Shown one piece after another: positions 1-12,398 of a stretch of 64,000 bases of DNA. Every line of letters starts with the position of its first letter. Within the stretch, counting starts at the first letter, position 1. Under the pieces are notes generated by a model. It was not told the origin of the DNA. It saw only the letters and a program-made list of their open reading frames with translations, and did not search any database. The DNA is from Octopus sinensis (lineage: Eukaryota), in contig NC_042997.1 in the NCBI RefSeq assembly GCF_006345805.1, positions 113,584,001 to 113,648,000 on the forward strand, in the 5' to 3' direction. The translations under genes were made by a program, and so were the position numbers.

Positions 1-405
1 GTGTTGGGTGGACAGTCCTTCTGGTTGTTATGATTTGGTCCTAAGCCAATCCTGTTTGAGCAGACATGAGATCTAAGCCTGCCATGACCTTCACATTACA
101 TTATCCTTCTCTTTTTTAAGGTAACAAGGTATGATAGAAGGGAGATTTGGCTGCTATTTCTAGAATTGGTATGCTTCCAGTTTTCTCTCTTATTATAATG
201 TTATTCTCTGGCCAAGTCTCTCTACATCACTACACAGTGTGATGGTGTTGCCGTTGTTGTTGTAATCTTGTCTTTACCAATATTTCCTGTCTCACTAATT
301 CTTGGAGATTTATATTATTCTTCTTTAGCCAATATTGCCATTTTACGATTGTCATTTCTTCCCCTCTTCCCTCCCTCCAAGATATATCTGTCTTTGTAAG
401 TCAGC

Positions 406-478
406 ATGACACAGTGTGTGTGTGTGTGTGTGGAGGGGGGAATATACACAAGTATATATATATGTGTGTGTGTGTATG

Positions 479-509
<31 letters not shown>

Positions 510-760
510 ATACGTTTATATGTATATGGTGAATGTGTATATATATTTATATTATATATATGTGTGTGTATGGGGAGGGGGAATATACATTAGTATATAT
601 ATATGTGTATGTGTGTCTGTGTGTGTATGCATATATGTCAATGTATATATATATAAATATATATGCACACACATATACGCACATTGACATATATGCATAC
701 ATATATATATATGCATGTGTGTGTATGTGTGCACGCATGTGTGTGTGTGTGTGTATGACT
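406..760. repeat. Compound (TG)n/(TA)n microsatellite tract
   Basis: Direct reading; explains the Y/I/C/V-rich ORFs at 406-766. Confidence 0.95.
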
Positions 761-2229
761 CAATAAACCATATTTGACTTATTCATTTCCAAACATTAAC
801 CTTGTTCCATGCATAACCTGTCTTCCCCCTCCCATCCACCTTTCACACTTCTGCCACATCCACCTGATAGCAGCAGTAGCAGCAGCAGCTCGTTTATTTC
901 TCTTTCTTTTCAATATTGACATATATTTCTCTTTTTGTTGTTCTTCAAGCTGTTTGGTGTTAGGACTGTGGCTGAACAGTTAGCAAGTTTGCTTTGCAAT
1001 CACTAGAGCCTGGGTTCAACTCTACTCTGTGGCATCTCAAGCGAGTGTCTTTTACAATTGCCTTGGGTTTACTCAAGCCTTTTGTCTGAAATTGGGTGAA
1101 TGGAAACTATGCGGAAGCCCTTTGGGTTAATTTTACCTGTAATTTAAGGATCCATCCATATCAGTCAGTTATGGAAGCATGTGGCTTAGTGGTTAGCATG
1201 TAGGACTCATGACTATAAGATCGTGGTTTCAATTCCTAAAACAGTAAAGCATTAGCTACATGAAGACATCCTTAGCATCTGCTTAACTTCATTGATGCCA
1301 TATTAATTGCCATGCAAAATACGGGAGGTTTTTCTGCCGCATCTTGTACCAGAGGAAAAATAGTCCAGTCAATAAAACAACTAGAAACTCACCAATGAGT
1401 TCCACTGATACTACGCCGGGCGAAATGCCTGGCGGTATTTCGTCTGCCGTTACATTCTGAGTTCAAATTCTGCTGAGGTCGACTTTGCCTGTCATCCTTT
1501 CAATGGCAACTTGTCTGTGCTGGTTTATCGTTTTCCCCATTATCCTCCTATTTCTCCCTTTCCATATTTTCTGCATAGAATGCTTCCTATTTCCATTTAT
1601 TCCGATCTACATTGTTCCATTTGTGAATCTCACCATTTAAAAGTCCTTTCAAGAACGATTGTTCACACGTCTTACTTGAATCTGTTTCATTTTCAATAGC
1701 GTTTTACTGCAAGTTGGTAACACGACCACTACCATAATCATCGTCATGGTCACTACCAGCATCAGCATCTTCACCATCATCATTGTTTTAACTTCCACTT
1801 TTCATTGCTTGGATGGGCCACACAGAATTCATTGAGGCAAATTTTATATGGTTGGATGCTCTCCCTATCACCAACCCCCCACCTGTTTCTCAGTGAAGCA
1901 ATATTTTCCCCCTCCCCTTCTATGGTTGGTCATTTTTTCATTGAAGAGAGAAACATGACAGCTTGTATGATGGTGACTCTTGTTTACAACTATCACATGA
2001 TGTGAAGATGAAGAAGTGCACATACACACACACACACACAAAGAGCACTGTCTGTAGAGTGGTTGGCATTAGGAAGGGCATCCAGCTGTAGAAACCATGC
2101 CAAAAGAGACATTTGGGACCTGGTGCAGCTCCCTAGTTTGCCAGCTCCTGTCAAGCCATCCAACCCATGCCAGCATGGAAAACAGGTGTTAATTGATGAT
2201 GATGATGATGATCACACACACACACACAC

Positions 2230-2286
<57 letters not shown>

Positions 2287-2287
<1 letters not shown>

Positions 2288-2909
2288 CGGGAAGCTTTAT
2301 GAAAATAAACAAAAGACGAAGGCAGGTGGAGAGAGTATTAGTGCGTAGGATTGGTCTGGACGTGCGTATGTATGGGGTTGGTGTATGTATTAGTATGTAT
2401 TAGTACGTATTGGTATGTATAGGTGTGTGTGAGAGAGAGTATAAGTGCGTATGCGGGGTCTGGACGTGTGTATGTATAGGGTTGGTGTAAGTATTAGTAT
2501 GTACTAGTATGTATTAGTACATATTAGTATGTATTAGTTGGTGTGTGTATTAGTATGGCACATCATATGTGATGTGATGTGTAAAGTCATGTGGTGTAGT
2601 GAGGAGAAGAGGGGGAGGGGGAGAAGGGGAGGGGAAGAAGAGGGGGAGGAGAAGGGGGAAGAGGAGAGGATGGGGAGAAGGAAGGGGAGGAGGGGGATGA
2701 AGGAGGAAAGAGGGAGAGAGGGAGTGAGGGAGCAGAGGGAAGGGGAAGAGGGAGGGAGAAAGAGGGAAGAAGGGAAGGGGAGTAGGGGTGAAAGGATGAA
2801 GGACTGAAGAAGTAGGGGTCGGGGGGAGAAAGGATAGGTGAGGAGGGGGGAGAGGGGGATTATAATAAGCAACAAGGATATCCAAAGGTAGTGTAGTACA
2901 ATCATTTCA
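2287..2909. mobile_element. Degenerate repeat with GTATTAGTAT minisatellite and polypurine tract, possibly a non-autonomous Penelope-like remnant
   Basis: Starts right after a (TA)n run; repeated GGTCTGGACGTG...GTATTAGTATG units at 2330-2570; G/A-only tract at about 2600-2860; its end is repeated in inverted form at 3029-3085. Family assignment is from recall only. Confidence 0.4.
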
Positions 2910-3870
2910 TGCTACTTCATTTAATTAAACAATGTAAGTATTACATCTGTTTTAAAATGTAGAGCACTCTTCAGCCACATATGGAATTTTTTAAATTAAA
3001 TTGACAATGTTCATTATTATACTTATTTTGAAACGATTGTACTACACTACCTTGGATATCCTTGTTGCTTATTTTGATTATAATCACCCCATTTGATTTA
3101 TATGGATAATACCATACCAAATTCTGGTGCCTTTAACTTAAGTACCATATTCATCTGAATCTAAATTTTTGCTGAACTTATATATATATGTATATATATA
3201 TGTATATATATGTATATACACACAACATGCTTCTTTCAAAATTTTTCACTACTTAGCTCACTCACATGGCTTTGCGACCCAGGTGTTCAGTGGAAGAAAC
3301 TTATCCGAGGGGCCATTAACTGGAACAGAACCTGAGACATGGCATTACTTAACATATATTGTTTGTTCCAGAGCAATCAGTTGTAAATATTAAAATATCA
3401 CATTTTCATGTCTAATAAACTACACTTAACATATTTTACTCCATATCCTCAAATGTCACTGCTCTCCTCTATCCTGTTTCTGACATATGACATGTGATAT
3501 ACAGCCAACAATATTAGACATGAAAGAAAATATCTTTGTCACTAGACAACATTAATCTACATTGCCATAAATACTGTGTCTGGTTTTATTCCAGCTGTGT
3601 CTCTCTGCACATCAGCTGAATATCCACACAGGAACCGGTTTGCCTATGGAAACCATCTCAAAACAAACAACGGAACTCTCTGCATTGATAATTCTTGTCA
3701 AACCATCCCAACCCATGCCAGCATGGAAACTGGACATTGAATGGTGATACCTCGTATATGATGATGATGATGATACTTGTTTAATCAATGGCTACTCATG
3801 TTGTTAGGTCTGACAACATGTAATGTACTTAACCTGCTGTCTCTTTGACACCACAAAACCAATATATTTA

Positions 3871-4286
3871 TTTCTTTATTGCCCACAAGGGGCTACACAC
3901 AGAGGGGATAAACAAGGACAGACAAACGGATTAAGTTGATTATATCAACCCCAGTCCGTAACTGGTACTTAATTTATCGACCCCAAAAGGATGAAAGGCA
4001 AAGTCGACCTCGGCGGAATTTGAACTCAGAATGTAGCGGCAGACGAAATACCTATTTCTTTACTACCCACAAGAGGCTACACACAGAGAGGACAAACAAG
4101 GACAGATAAACGGATTAAGTTGATTATATCAACCCCAGTGCATAACTGGTACTTAATTTATCGACCTCGAAAGGATGAAAGGCAAAGTCGACCTTGGCGG
4201 AATTTGAACTCAGAATGTAGCGGCAGACGAAATACTGCTAAGCATTTCACCCGGCGTGCTAACGGTTCTGCCAGCTCACCGCCTAT
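3871..4286 (-). mobile_element. tRNA-head SINE (family A), tandem dimer: full monomer plus 5'-truncated monomer
   Basis: Minus strand reads GGCGGTGAGCTGGCAGAA (A-box-like) ... GAGTTCAAATTCCGCC (B-box-like) ... tail AAAGAAATA. A 12-bp TSD CCAATATATTTA at 3859-3870 and 4287-4298 flanks the whole dimer. Confidence 0.9.
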
Positions 4287-4749
4287 CCAATATATTTATG
4301 GCAGTCTGCTTTAACAGGTTGGGTCTGTTTTCTCTTAGACTGATGTACTATGATTTGGTATACGAAATGGCAAATTTTTTGGAGCACCTGGTTGCTTTGC
4401 AGTAATTGCCCTGGCTCTCTATGCTCTGTGTTCAAATCCTGCTGAGGTAACATTGTTTATCATCTTTCTGTGGCTGATAAAGTACCAGTCATGCACTGGA
4501 AGTGGGGGTGGGGGTTGATTCTTCCTTTCGTCTCCTGTTTTCTTTCTGTCTGTCAGACTTTCTCTCTTCTGAAAGAAATTAGCTGTGATCAGGCCTGAAG
4601 CGGGATGGGTTCTCCCAAGTCTAAAAATCCCTAAGACACACTGTATGAGACAACTGTGCCCATGTGATTCCATCAAAGTGGTGAGAGCCCAAAGCAAGGC
4701 AATAATTTGGTATTGATCCAGATTTCTAAGAATATCTTCACCACACATA

Positions 4750-4807
<58 letters not shown>

Positions 4808-5921
4808 TGCTCCCTCACTCTCGCTCACTCCCTCCAACTGGGGTAACCATGTATCTCCTCTACAGGAAGAAACTTGTTTCTGTCCCTCTCTCATACTCTA
4901 ACCTCTCATCACCTGACCTAAAACTACCTCCATCAATACCACTGCCACCACCACCCTCTTAAGGGATCTTTGTTTTGCAAGTTACTTGGTGACCTTGCTG
5001 GTGCCACATAGAAGCACCCAAGTCCACTCTGTGAAGTGGTTTGCATTAGGAAGGACATCCAGCCATATGATATATGCTAAAGCAGACAATGGAGCTTGGT
5101 GTAAACCATCCGACCGATGCCAGCATGGATGATGATGATGATTCTGTGGTCATTTCAGTTGGATTCTCAGATTCAGCAAAAGAGACTGATAGAATAAGTA
5201 CTAGGCTTACAAAGAATGAGTTCTGGGGATGATTTGCTTGACTAAAGGTGGTGCTCCATCATGGCCACAGTCAAATGACTGAAACATGTAAAAGAATAAA
5301 GAATCCCTGCTCTATAGAGCAAGCATCTTATTATACTATAGCTTCAGCTAAACCAATTCCCTCCTGTGAGTAAAACTTACTAGATGGATACTGTGCAGAA
5401 GCCCATCATATCATCGTCAGCATTTAATGTCTGTTGGACGGTTTGACCAGGGCTGGCAAACTGGAAGGCTGCACCAGATTTCAGTCAGATTTAGCATGGA
5501 ATCTATAGCTGGATGCCCTTCCTAATGCCAACCACTCTGAGAGTGTATTGGGTGCTTTTACATGTCACTGGCACGGGTGCCATTTGCATGACACCAGCAT
5601 CTGCCATGACTGCAATTTTACTCGGCTTGATGGGTCTTCTTCTCAAGCACGATATAATGCCAAAGGTCTCGGTCAAGCAATCAATTGGTAATCGATTGGT
5701 AAACTAAAGGAATATGAAATGAAGTACCATGCTCAAGGATCAATGATGTATTGCCTGGTCCAGGAATTGAAACCCCCAACGTTATGGTCACAAGGCCAAT
5801 GTCATAACCACTAGGCCACAGCTTTTTAAAGAAAGAAAAATGAATGAGGGAATAGATGAAGCATTATAATGGTCATTCAACCTAGTAGAAATAGCAGCTA
5901 AATTTCTTTCTCTCTCTCTCT

Positions 5922-5963
<42 letters not shown>

Positions 5964-6146
5964 TACAAAATTAGAAAATGGAGAAACATACTTAAATCAA
6001 TCAAACATCAACCATCAGATGATACCCAATCAATACTTTATTACACCATTACATAACAGTAAAGGCATTATACAAAATATTGTAAATATAATTAGACAAG
6101 GAAATAGAATATAAAAATATAAAATATAATATATAATTATATCATA

Positions 6147-6257
6147 TCTGACAGCTGTTTCGGCCGTAAGGGCAAGTATGCCTCATTTAGCCTATAAGCC
6201 ATATAAGGCAGGTATAAATGAGACATTAACAAGGATGCCCCACGGCCTCTTCAGAGA
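6147..6257 (-). ncRNA. Type I hammerhead ribozyme motif with long stem II
   Basis: Minus strand: UCU-CUGAAGA-GGCCGU...ACGGCC-GAAAC-AGCU-GUC-AGA. All core nucleotides present; stem I UCU/AGA; palindromic stem III ACAGCUGU; stem II extends into a long hairpin. Confidence 0.75.
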
Positions 6258-7637
6258 ATTTAATTTATTATAAGTGTGAAAAAAATTTTTTTATACATAT
6301 AAATATAAAAATATAAAATATAAAAACGTGTGCATAGACACTCATAATACTACACATATATATATACTCATTAATACAATAATACAAAATAAACAAAACA
6401 AAATATATCAATATATATTAACAAACACAGTTATTCTACATATTGGGCTACTAGTTCTATATATATATATGGAGAAAGAGAGAGAGAGAGCAAATCCTTT
6501 GTTTGTGTTTGTATTTTGAATTGTCAACTGAAGAAATTACTATTGCATTAGTTATCTTACATAACTACTTGAAATGTGCTTATTAAAAGCATCCAAAATA
6601 TTAACTTTGGGGTTTTGTAATTATATACATATATATATATATGAAATTGTGTGTGTGTGTTTATCAGCAAAAATTAAATGATGCATGAAAAATATCTCAT
6701 GGGATTTATTTATTCCACTTGAGTTACACAGACAGTCCCTGGTTACTCTTGTTATTAGAAATGCAGTGAACCAGTGATTGGCTCACTGGAAATGCTGTAA
6801 CCAACAACACTTACTGTTTAGTACATTTGCTATATAACTAAATAAAGGTAACAAAAAATCCAAGAGACAAAGAGTGAGAGAGACAAAAAGGTAAAGAGAG
6901 AGAGAGAGGTGTGAATAAGAAAGACGAAGAGTGACATCTGCCATTTAATGTTTAGTTTGTATAGTTAAAATAAACTTAAGATAAGCTTTATCTTTCACAT
7001 AAAAGAAAACTCTTTTACAAACTTGTTTGGTAAAACCTTGAGTGGATTATAAAATGGTTGTGTTGTAGCCCTGGAGATTATCTCTCAGTTTTTTTTTTTT
7101 TCCTTTCTCCTCACTTCTTTCCACCAACTTTGTTAAAAGTAATTTTCTGGCATATGTAGAGAAACCTTAGATTTACAGCAGAATATGGAAACGGAGACTG
7201 CAGGATATTTATACCTTTGCCAAGGTCATTAAACATTAATTGGTATAATTACAATTGCAATGAGAAGTAATGTGAAACAGACCTGTGTGTAGTTATTAAT
7301 TAGCAGCCGGTCTTATTGCACTCATGTAACACTATGAATTAGACGAGTAAAACCATTGGTTAAGAATTGTGGATATATTTATAGATGAGCAGAAAATACT
7401 TGGTTTTATGTGTTCTGTTATATAACTGTAATTAATACATGGGTTATAGATAAACATGTAGCTTCATGTTCAGTCCCACTGCTCAGCACCTTGGGAGAGT
7501 ATCTTCTACCATAGCCCCCAGGTTGATCAATGCCTTGCAAGTGAATTTGGTAGAAGGAATCTATGTAGATAGCTCATCACATACATACATACTTACATGC
7601 ACATATATATTATGTATATAATATTATTAATCAGTTG

Positions 7638-7679
<42 letters not shown>

Positions 7680-7684
<5 letters not shown>

Positions 7685-8062
7685 CTATATAAACGGCAGT
7701 TTGTCTGTGCGTGTTTCTGTGTGTCTGTTTGCTTGTACCCTCACCCTGACCACGGCTTTCAACCGATTCTGATGAAACTTGACACACACATAGCCCAATG
7801 TCATAATTCAAAACTAACGCAGCGAAAATTTTGAAAAGTTCCCCCAGTTCTGAAAAAAATCGATAAATTCGACATGGGGTCGAGAATCAGGAATACGAAC
7901 CACAAATAGTCTAGGGGACGCAACTCTACCTTTTTTAAATCTCAAAAAAAAATTTACCATCATTTTTTTCCATTTTTTTGCTACTTTTTGGCTATAACTC
8001 TCTAAAAATGCTTTATAGTTATTTCCCTTACAAACCTGAGCAACGCCGGGCGATACTGCTAG
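7680..8062 (+). mobile_element. Non-autonomous Helitron-like element
   Basis: Begins A|TC, ends CTAG|T (8059-8062), with GC-rich subterminal hairpin CCTGAGCAACGCCGGG about 10 nt before the CTAG; no TSD; inserted in (TA)n. Confidence 0.8.
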
Positions 8063-8225
8063 TATATATATAAATATATATATGCATGCAAGCAAAATTA
8101 AGGTTAGTTAAAATATGTTTGCGACATATTTCAACTATAGACTATGGTCTGTCTATAGCACTTATTCAGCATTACCTGACACTTTTGGGTCTCAGTGACA
8201 CCATTATTTCTTATAACCTCAACTG

Positions 8226-8263
<38 letters not shown>

Positions 8264-8526
8264 AGTGTAAATGTTGAATCATGAAAATGAGTGCTCAACA
8301 CGGCATTGGTGGATATAATTTCTTTATTTGTGATTTAAGGCTACCATTGGTTTCATGTTAAGCAAAGTAGGAAAATATCTTAGCGTCTAAACAAGTTTTC
8401 AAGCCAATCACATGGTGAATGGTATTTGCCTCCATTTTGGAAAGCACAGTCTGTGTTTTCCAAAATGTTCAGACACTCAGATATTTTCACATTTTTCTTA
8501 ATATGATGATAAACTTAATTCATATA

Positions 8527-8569
<43 letters not shown>

Positions 8570-8570
<1 letters not shown>

Positions 8571-9110
8571 TCATCATCATCATCATCATGTCCGTTTTCC
8601 ATACTGGCATGGGTTGGATGGTTTGACTGAAGTCTGGAGAGCCAGCAGCTGCACCAGGCTCCAATCTGATTCGGCAATGTTTCCACAGCTGGATGCCTTC
8701 CCTAATGCCAACCACTCTGAGAGTGTAGTGAGTGCTTTTTATGTGCCACCAGCAAAGGAGCCAGCCAGTCAGGCAGGCCTGGCATCAATCATGTTTAAAT
8801 AGTGCATTTTACGTACCACTGGCACGGGGGCCAGTCAGGGGGTACTGGCATAAGCCACATTCGGATGGTGCTGTTTATGTGCCACTGGCACAGGGGCCAG
8901 TCAGGTGCTCCTGGCATCAGCCACTTTTAGACGGAGCTTTTTACATGCTACCGGCATGGGAGACAGTCAGACGGACCTGGCATCAGACACTTTTGAATGG
9001 ACCATTTTACATGCCACCTGCACAGGAGCCAGTCAGGAGGCACTGCCCACAGCTATGATATTGGTTTTACTTGACTCAACAAGTCATCTCAAGCATGTCA
9101 TATCGCCTGA
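8570..9110 (-). mobile_element. RTE 3'UTR-derived retroposon copy with (ATG)n tail
   Basis: (CAT)n followed by GTCCGTTTTCCATACTGGCATGGGTTGGATGG...GCTGGATGCCTTCCCTAATGCCAACCAC, the same module as the 3' end of the LINE at 47.5 kb. Confidence 0.75.
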
Positions 9111-9150
9111 CACATCAGGGGTACACTTAACTGGGCTGGACATGCATATA

Positions 9151-10161
9151 TATATATATAAAACTGTAGTTGTGTGAGTGTCTGTCCCCTTCGATTTAGA
9201 TTCCTAACTACTCCCACATTTTCCGGTGCAGTTTAACCAAATTCGGGTATCTTATAGTCGTGATTCATATCGAGCCCGTCTGAGTATTAGCGCGCATCTA
9301 CGATGAGTCTACGATTTTAAAAATAATTTAACATAATTTTTTATTCCATTTTAATGCATAATTTTTCGTGTGTCGATGGCGGCGGAGTTGGCGTCCATGG
9401 TCACACCTGCACCTGTTTGCTTCTCCCCCTTCTTCCCTCCCTCGTGAAGCTGTGGGGAAGGGAGTGTAAGGAAATCAACGTCGTAAAGCGTTGTCAAGGA
9501 GACCAGCGTTCTTTTAGAACAACGACTTCATGGCTTGAAGACACCAAAACAGAAATGGCTAAGAAAGCCCGAATTGGCATCTATAAGGGAAGTAACTCTC
9601 TAAAAATGCTTATATAGTTATTTCCCTTACAAATCCGAGCAACGCCGGGTGATACTGCTAGTATATATATAAAACTGTAGTTGTGTGAGTGTCTGTCCCC
9701 TTCGATTTAGATTCCTAACTACTCCCACATTTTGCGGTGCAGTTTAACCAAATTCGGGTATCTTATAGTCGTGATTCATATCGAGCCCGTCTGAGTATTA
9801 GCCCGCGTCTACGATTTTAAAAATAATTTAACATCATTTTTTATTCCATTTTAATGCATAATCTTTCATGTGTCGATGGCGGCGGAGTTGGCGTCCACGC
9901 TCACATCTGCACCTGTTTGCTTCTCCTCCTTCTTCCCTCCCTCGTGAAGCTGTGGGGAAGGGAGTGTAAGGAAATCAACGTCGTAAAGCGTTGTCAAGGA
10001 GACCAGCGTTCTTTTAGAACAACGACTTCATGGCTTGAAGACACCAAAACAGAAATGGCTAAGAAAGCCCGAATTGGCATCTATAAGGGAAGTAACTCTC
10101 TAAAAATGCTTATATAGTTATTTCCCTTACAAACCCGAGCAACGCCGGGCGATACTGCTAG
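9151..10161 (+). mobile_element. Head-to-tail dimer of a ~500-bp Helitron-like element
   Basis: Two near-identical units (about 9151-9661 and 9662-10161), each ending CCGAGCAACGCCGGG..GATACTGCTAG|T; unit 2 lacks an 11-bp segment present at about 9300. Confidence 0.85.
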
Positions 10162-10399
10162 TATATATATACAAACTCATTCTGCCACAGATATGACAAA
10201 AAACAATGTAAATAATTTGAGTTCCATTATTGATGTGAACACGGTAAGGGAATGGTTGTATCCTTTATGTTTGAAGTCTGTGCAGTCATCTGATGAGAAT
10301 AGTTTCTTTCAAATGATGTAATGTTTTCATTAATCAATTAAAGGTGTCATTTAAAATGGCCATTATGAATCAACACCTGTTCCTCTTTGTTACCCACTT

Positions 10400-10400
<1 letters not shown>

Positions 10401-10485
<85 letters not shown>

Positions 10486-10494
10486 TATATATAT
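10401..10494. repeat. (TA)n microsatellite
   Basis: Direct reading. Confidence 0.95.
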
Positions 10495-11455
10495 AAACCC
10501 ACCAAAGTCAGGTGGTATGCAACATGAGTATATTTATTTAACCACTTCACATGGTAAAGGCTGAGAGGTGTTTAAATAAATATATCTATCTCTCATACAG
10601 CCTGACTGTTTATTGTTTATATTCTACTGGTGAAGTAATTTCATTGATTGGATTCTCTGAATCCATATTTTATACTCAAATTTATACTACAAATGAAGTG
10701 TGTGTGTTCATGTGTGTGTATATATGTATATATATATATATATGTGTGTGCATATTTATGTGTGTGTGTGTGTGTACATTCACACACATATATATACATG
10801 TGTGTGTGTGTATATTTTTATTTTCTCATCACTTCCTGCCAGTGTTGGTTTGTTTGCATTCCTGTAACTTAACAGTTTAGCATTATAAGACTGATAGAAT
10901 AAGTACCAGATTTAATATTGTACTGGGGTCTATTCGATTGACTAATCCTACAAGGCAGTGCTCCAGCTTCGTCACACTAATGACTGAAACAAGGAAAAGA
11001 TTAAAAGAGTAATTAAAAGAAATGTTTAATTATCAAAACTGAAGATACCTCTGTTATCATCTGTGCGTTGGTGGCTGTGTGGGTAAGAAGTTTGCCTCTA
11101 TACTGCATAGTCTCAAGTTCAATTTCACTGCAAAGCACTTGGGACTAATGCCTTCTTCTGTAGCTTTGGATTAGCCAAAACCTCCTATGTGAAATTTTGT
11201 AGATGGAAACTGTGTGGAAGCCCAGCTAAGGGATCATCCCTGTTCTTGGGTGTTAGGCTTAATGTGGCCCCAGACTAGACTGGGGATCTAGTCTGTATGC
11301 AAGCATAGAGACAAGATCTCTAGTCTGAAGGTAACTTCTCCCTTCCTCCCAACATTCCTGGAGACCTTCAAAAAAACAAAATTGTCTTAATGCTCTCCTT
11401 TGTCCTCTAAGTTCTGTCTGTATAATAAGATAATAATAATAATAATAATAATAAT

Positions 11456-12010
11456 GTCCTGATGCAGTACCAGGCAGTGGCTTTCATGGCTTCTGATCTT
11501 AACCGATTGGAAGTGTTATCATGTACATTGTTTTGTCTTAGTATAAAAGATGGGCCACAGCAAATATTCTGCTCAATACCACAGATTTGCTTGTCAGTTG
11601 TTTGACCTTAACCAGTTGAGCATGTCTCTTAGTGGCTGACGATATGTGCATCTCTGATCACGAGCAGAAGTAGTGGGGGAGCATCATAGCCGTGTGTTGA
11701 AAGGAATTCTTAGAGGTTTGGATAATTCACCTTTGGAAACATGGGTGGTTCATTCAACATCCTTAAGCAACCCTTATTCAGGGACCTTTTGAGTGGGATG
11801 GGCTATTCAACCTGAAGAAAATTCTAACTGGGTCCTACCTGCAAGGTCATGTGCTGTTTATCTTGATATGAGATCACCATGTTGCACACATATGGTTGTG
11901 TTGCATGTGCATGATGTACCCTTATCAGATGCGTTATCATGATGGGTATACTGGGCTTAATATATTTTACCCCAGTGTCACTTTGATGGCATGCACTGCT
12001 CTCTTACTCA
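11456..12010 (+). mobile_element. Dispersed ~555-bp repeat flanked by (AAT)n on both sides
   Basis: A second, shorter copy lies in reverse orientation at 35380-35839; both are bounded by (AAT)/(ATT) runs. Confidence 0.8.
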
Positions 12011-12398
12011 ATAATAATAATAATAATAACAATAATAATAATAATTATTATTATTATTATTATTGTTTCTAATGTTGGCACTAGGTCAAAATTAGACTGC
12101 TTTGACTTTGTACATATGAACAGACCTCTGACCTCGTACTTAACTACAGAAAAACAACACATACCACAACAGATAAATAAGAATTAACATTGAGGAAGGC
12201 ATAACAAAAGAAAAAAATGCAACGAAGAAAATATATAAATGAACATAGATCGATGAACATAGATCTGTGTAAAACATCTGCTCTAATTACGCATGAGTGA
12301 GCAGCTCCAGAAAAAAAATAAATGTTGCCAGGCCACAGAAACAAGCTATGTGAATTTCAACAGACAGGATGATCTGGTTTATTAAGTGCAGTCATAAT

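Noticed and set aside
406-766. ORFs rich in Y/I/C/V/H/T here and at 23.5, 37.6, 46.7, 56.7 and 63.2 kb
   Set aside because: Translations of di- and trinucleotide microsatellites; no coding signal.
2600-2860. Polypurine G-rich tract (G4/triplex potential) and its E/G/R-rich ORF
   Set aside because: Low-complexity part of a repeat; no evidence of function.
4576-4680. Plus-strand AG/GT-bounded open segments: 4576-4680, 10191-10243, 33611-33632, plus a strong acceptor at 26129
   Set aside because: The peptides resemble nothing I recognise, I could not chain them into a gene, and such sites arise by chance in 64 kb; RNA-seq junctions would be needed.
10286-10320. Plus-strand CTGATGA followed by a GAA/TTC stem
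   Set aside because: No GAAA after the stem and no stem I or III, so not a hammerhead.
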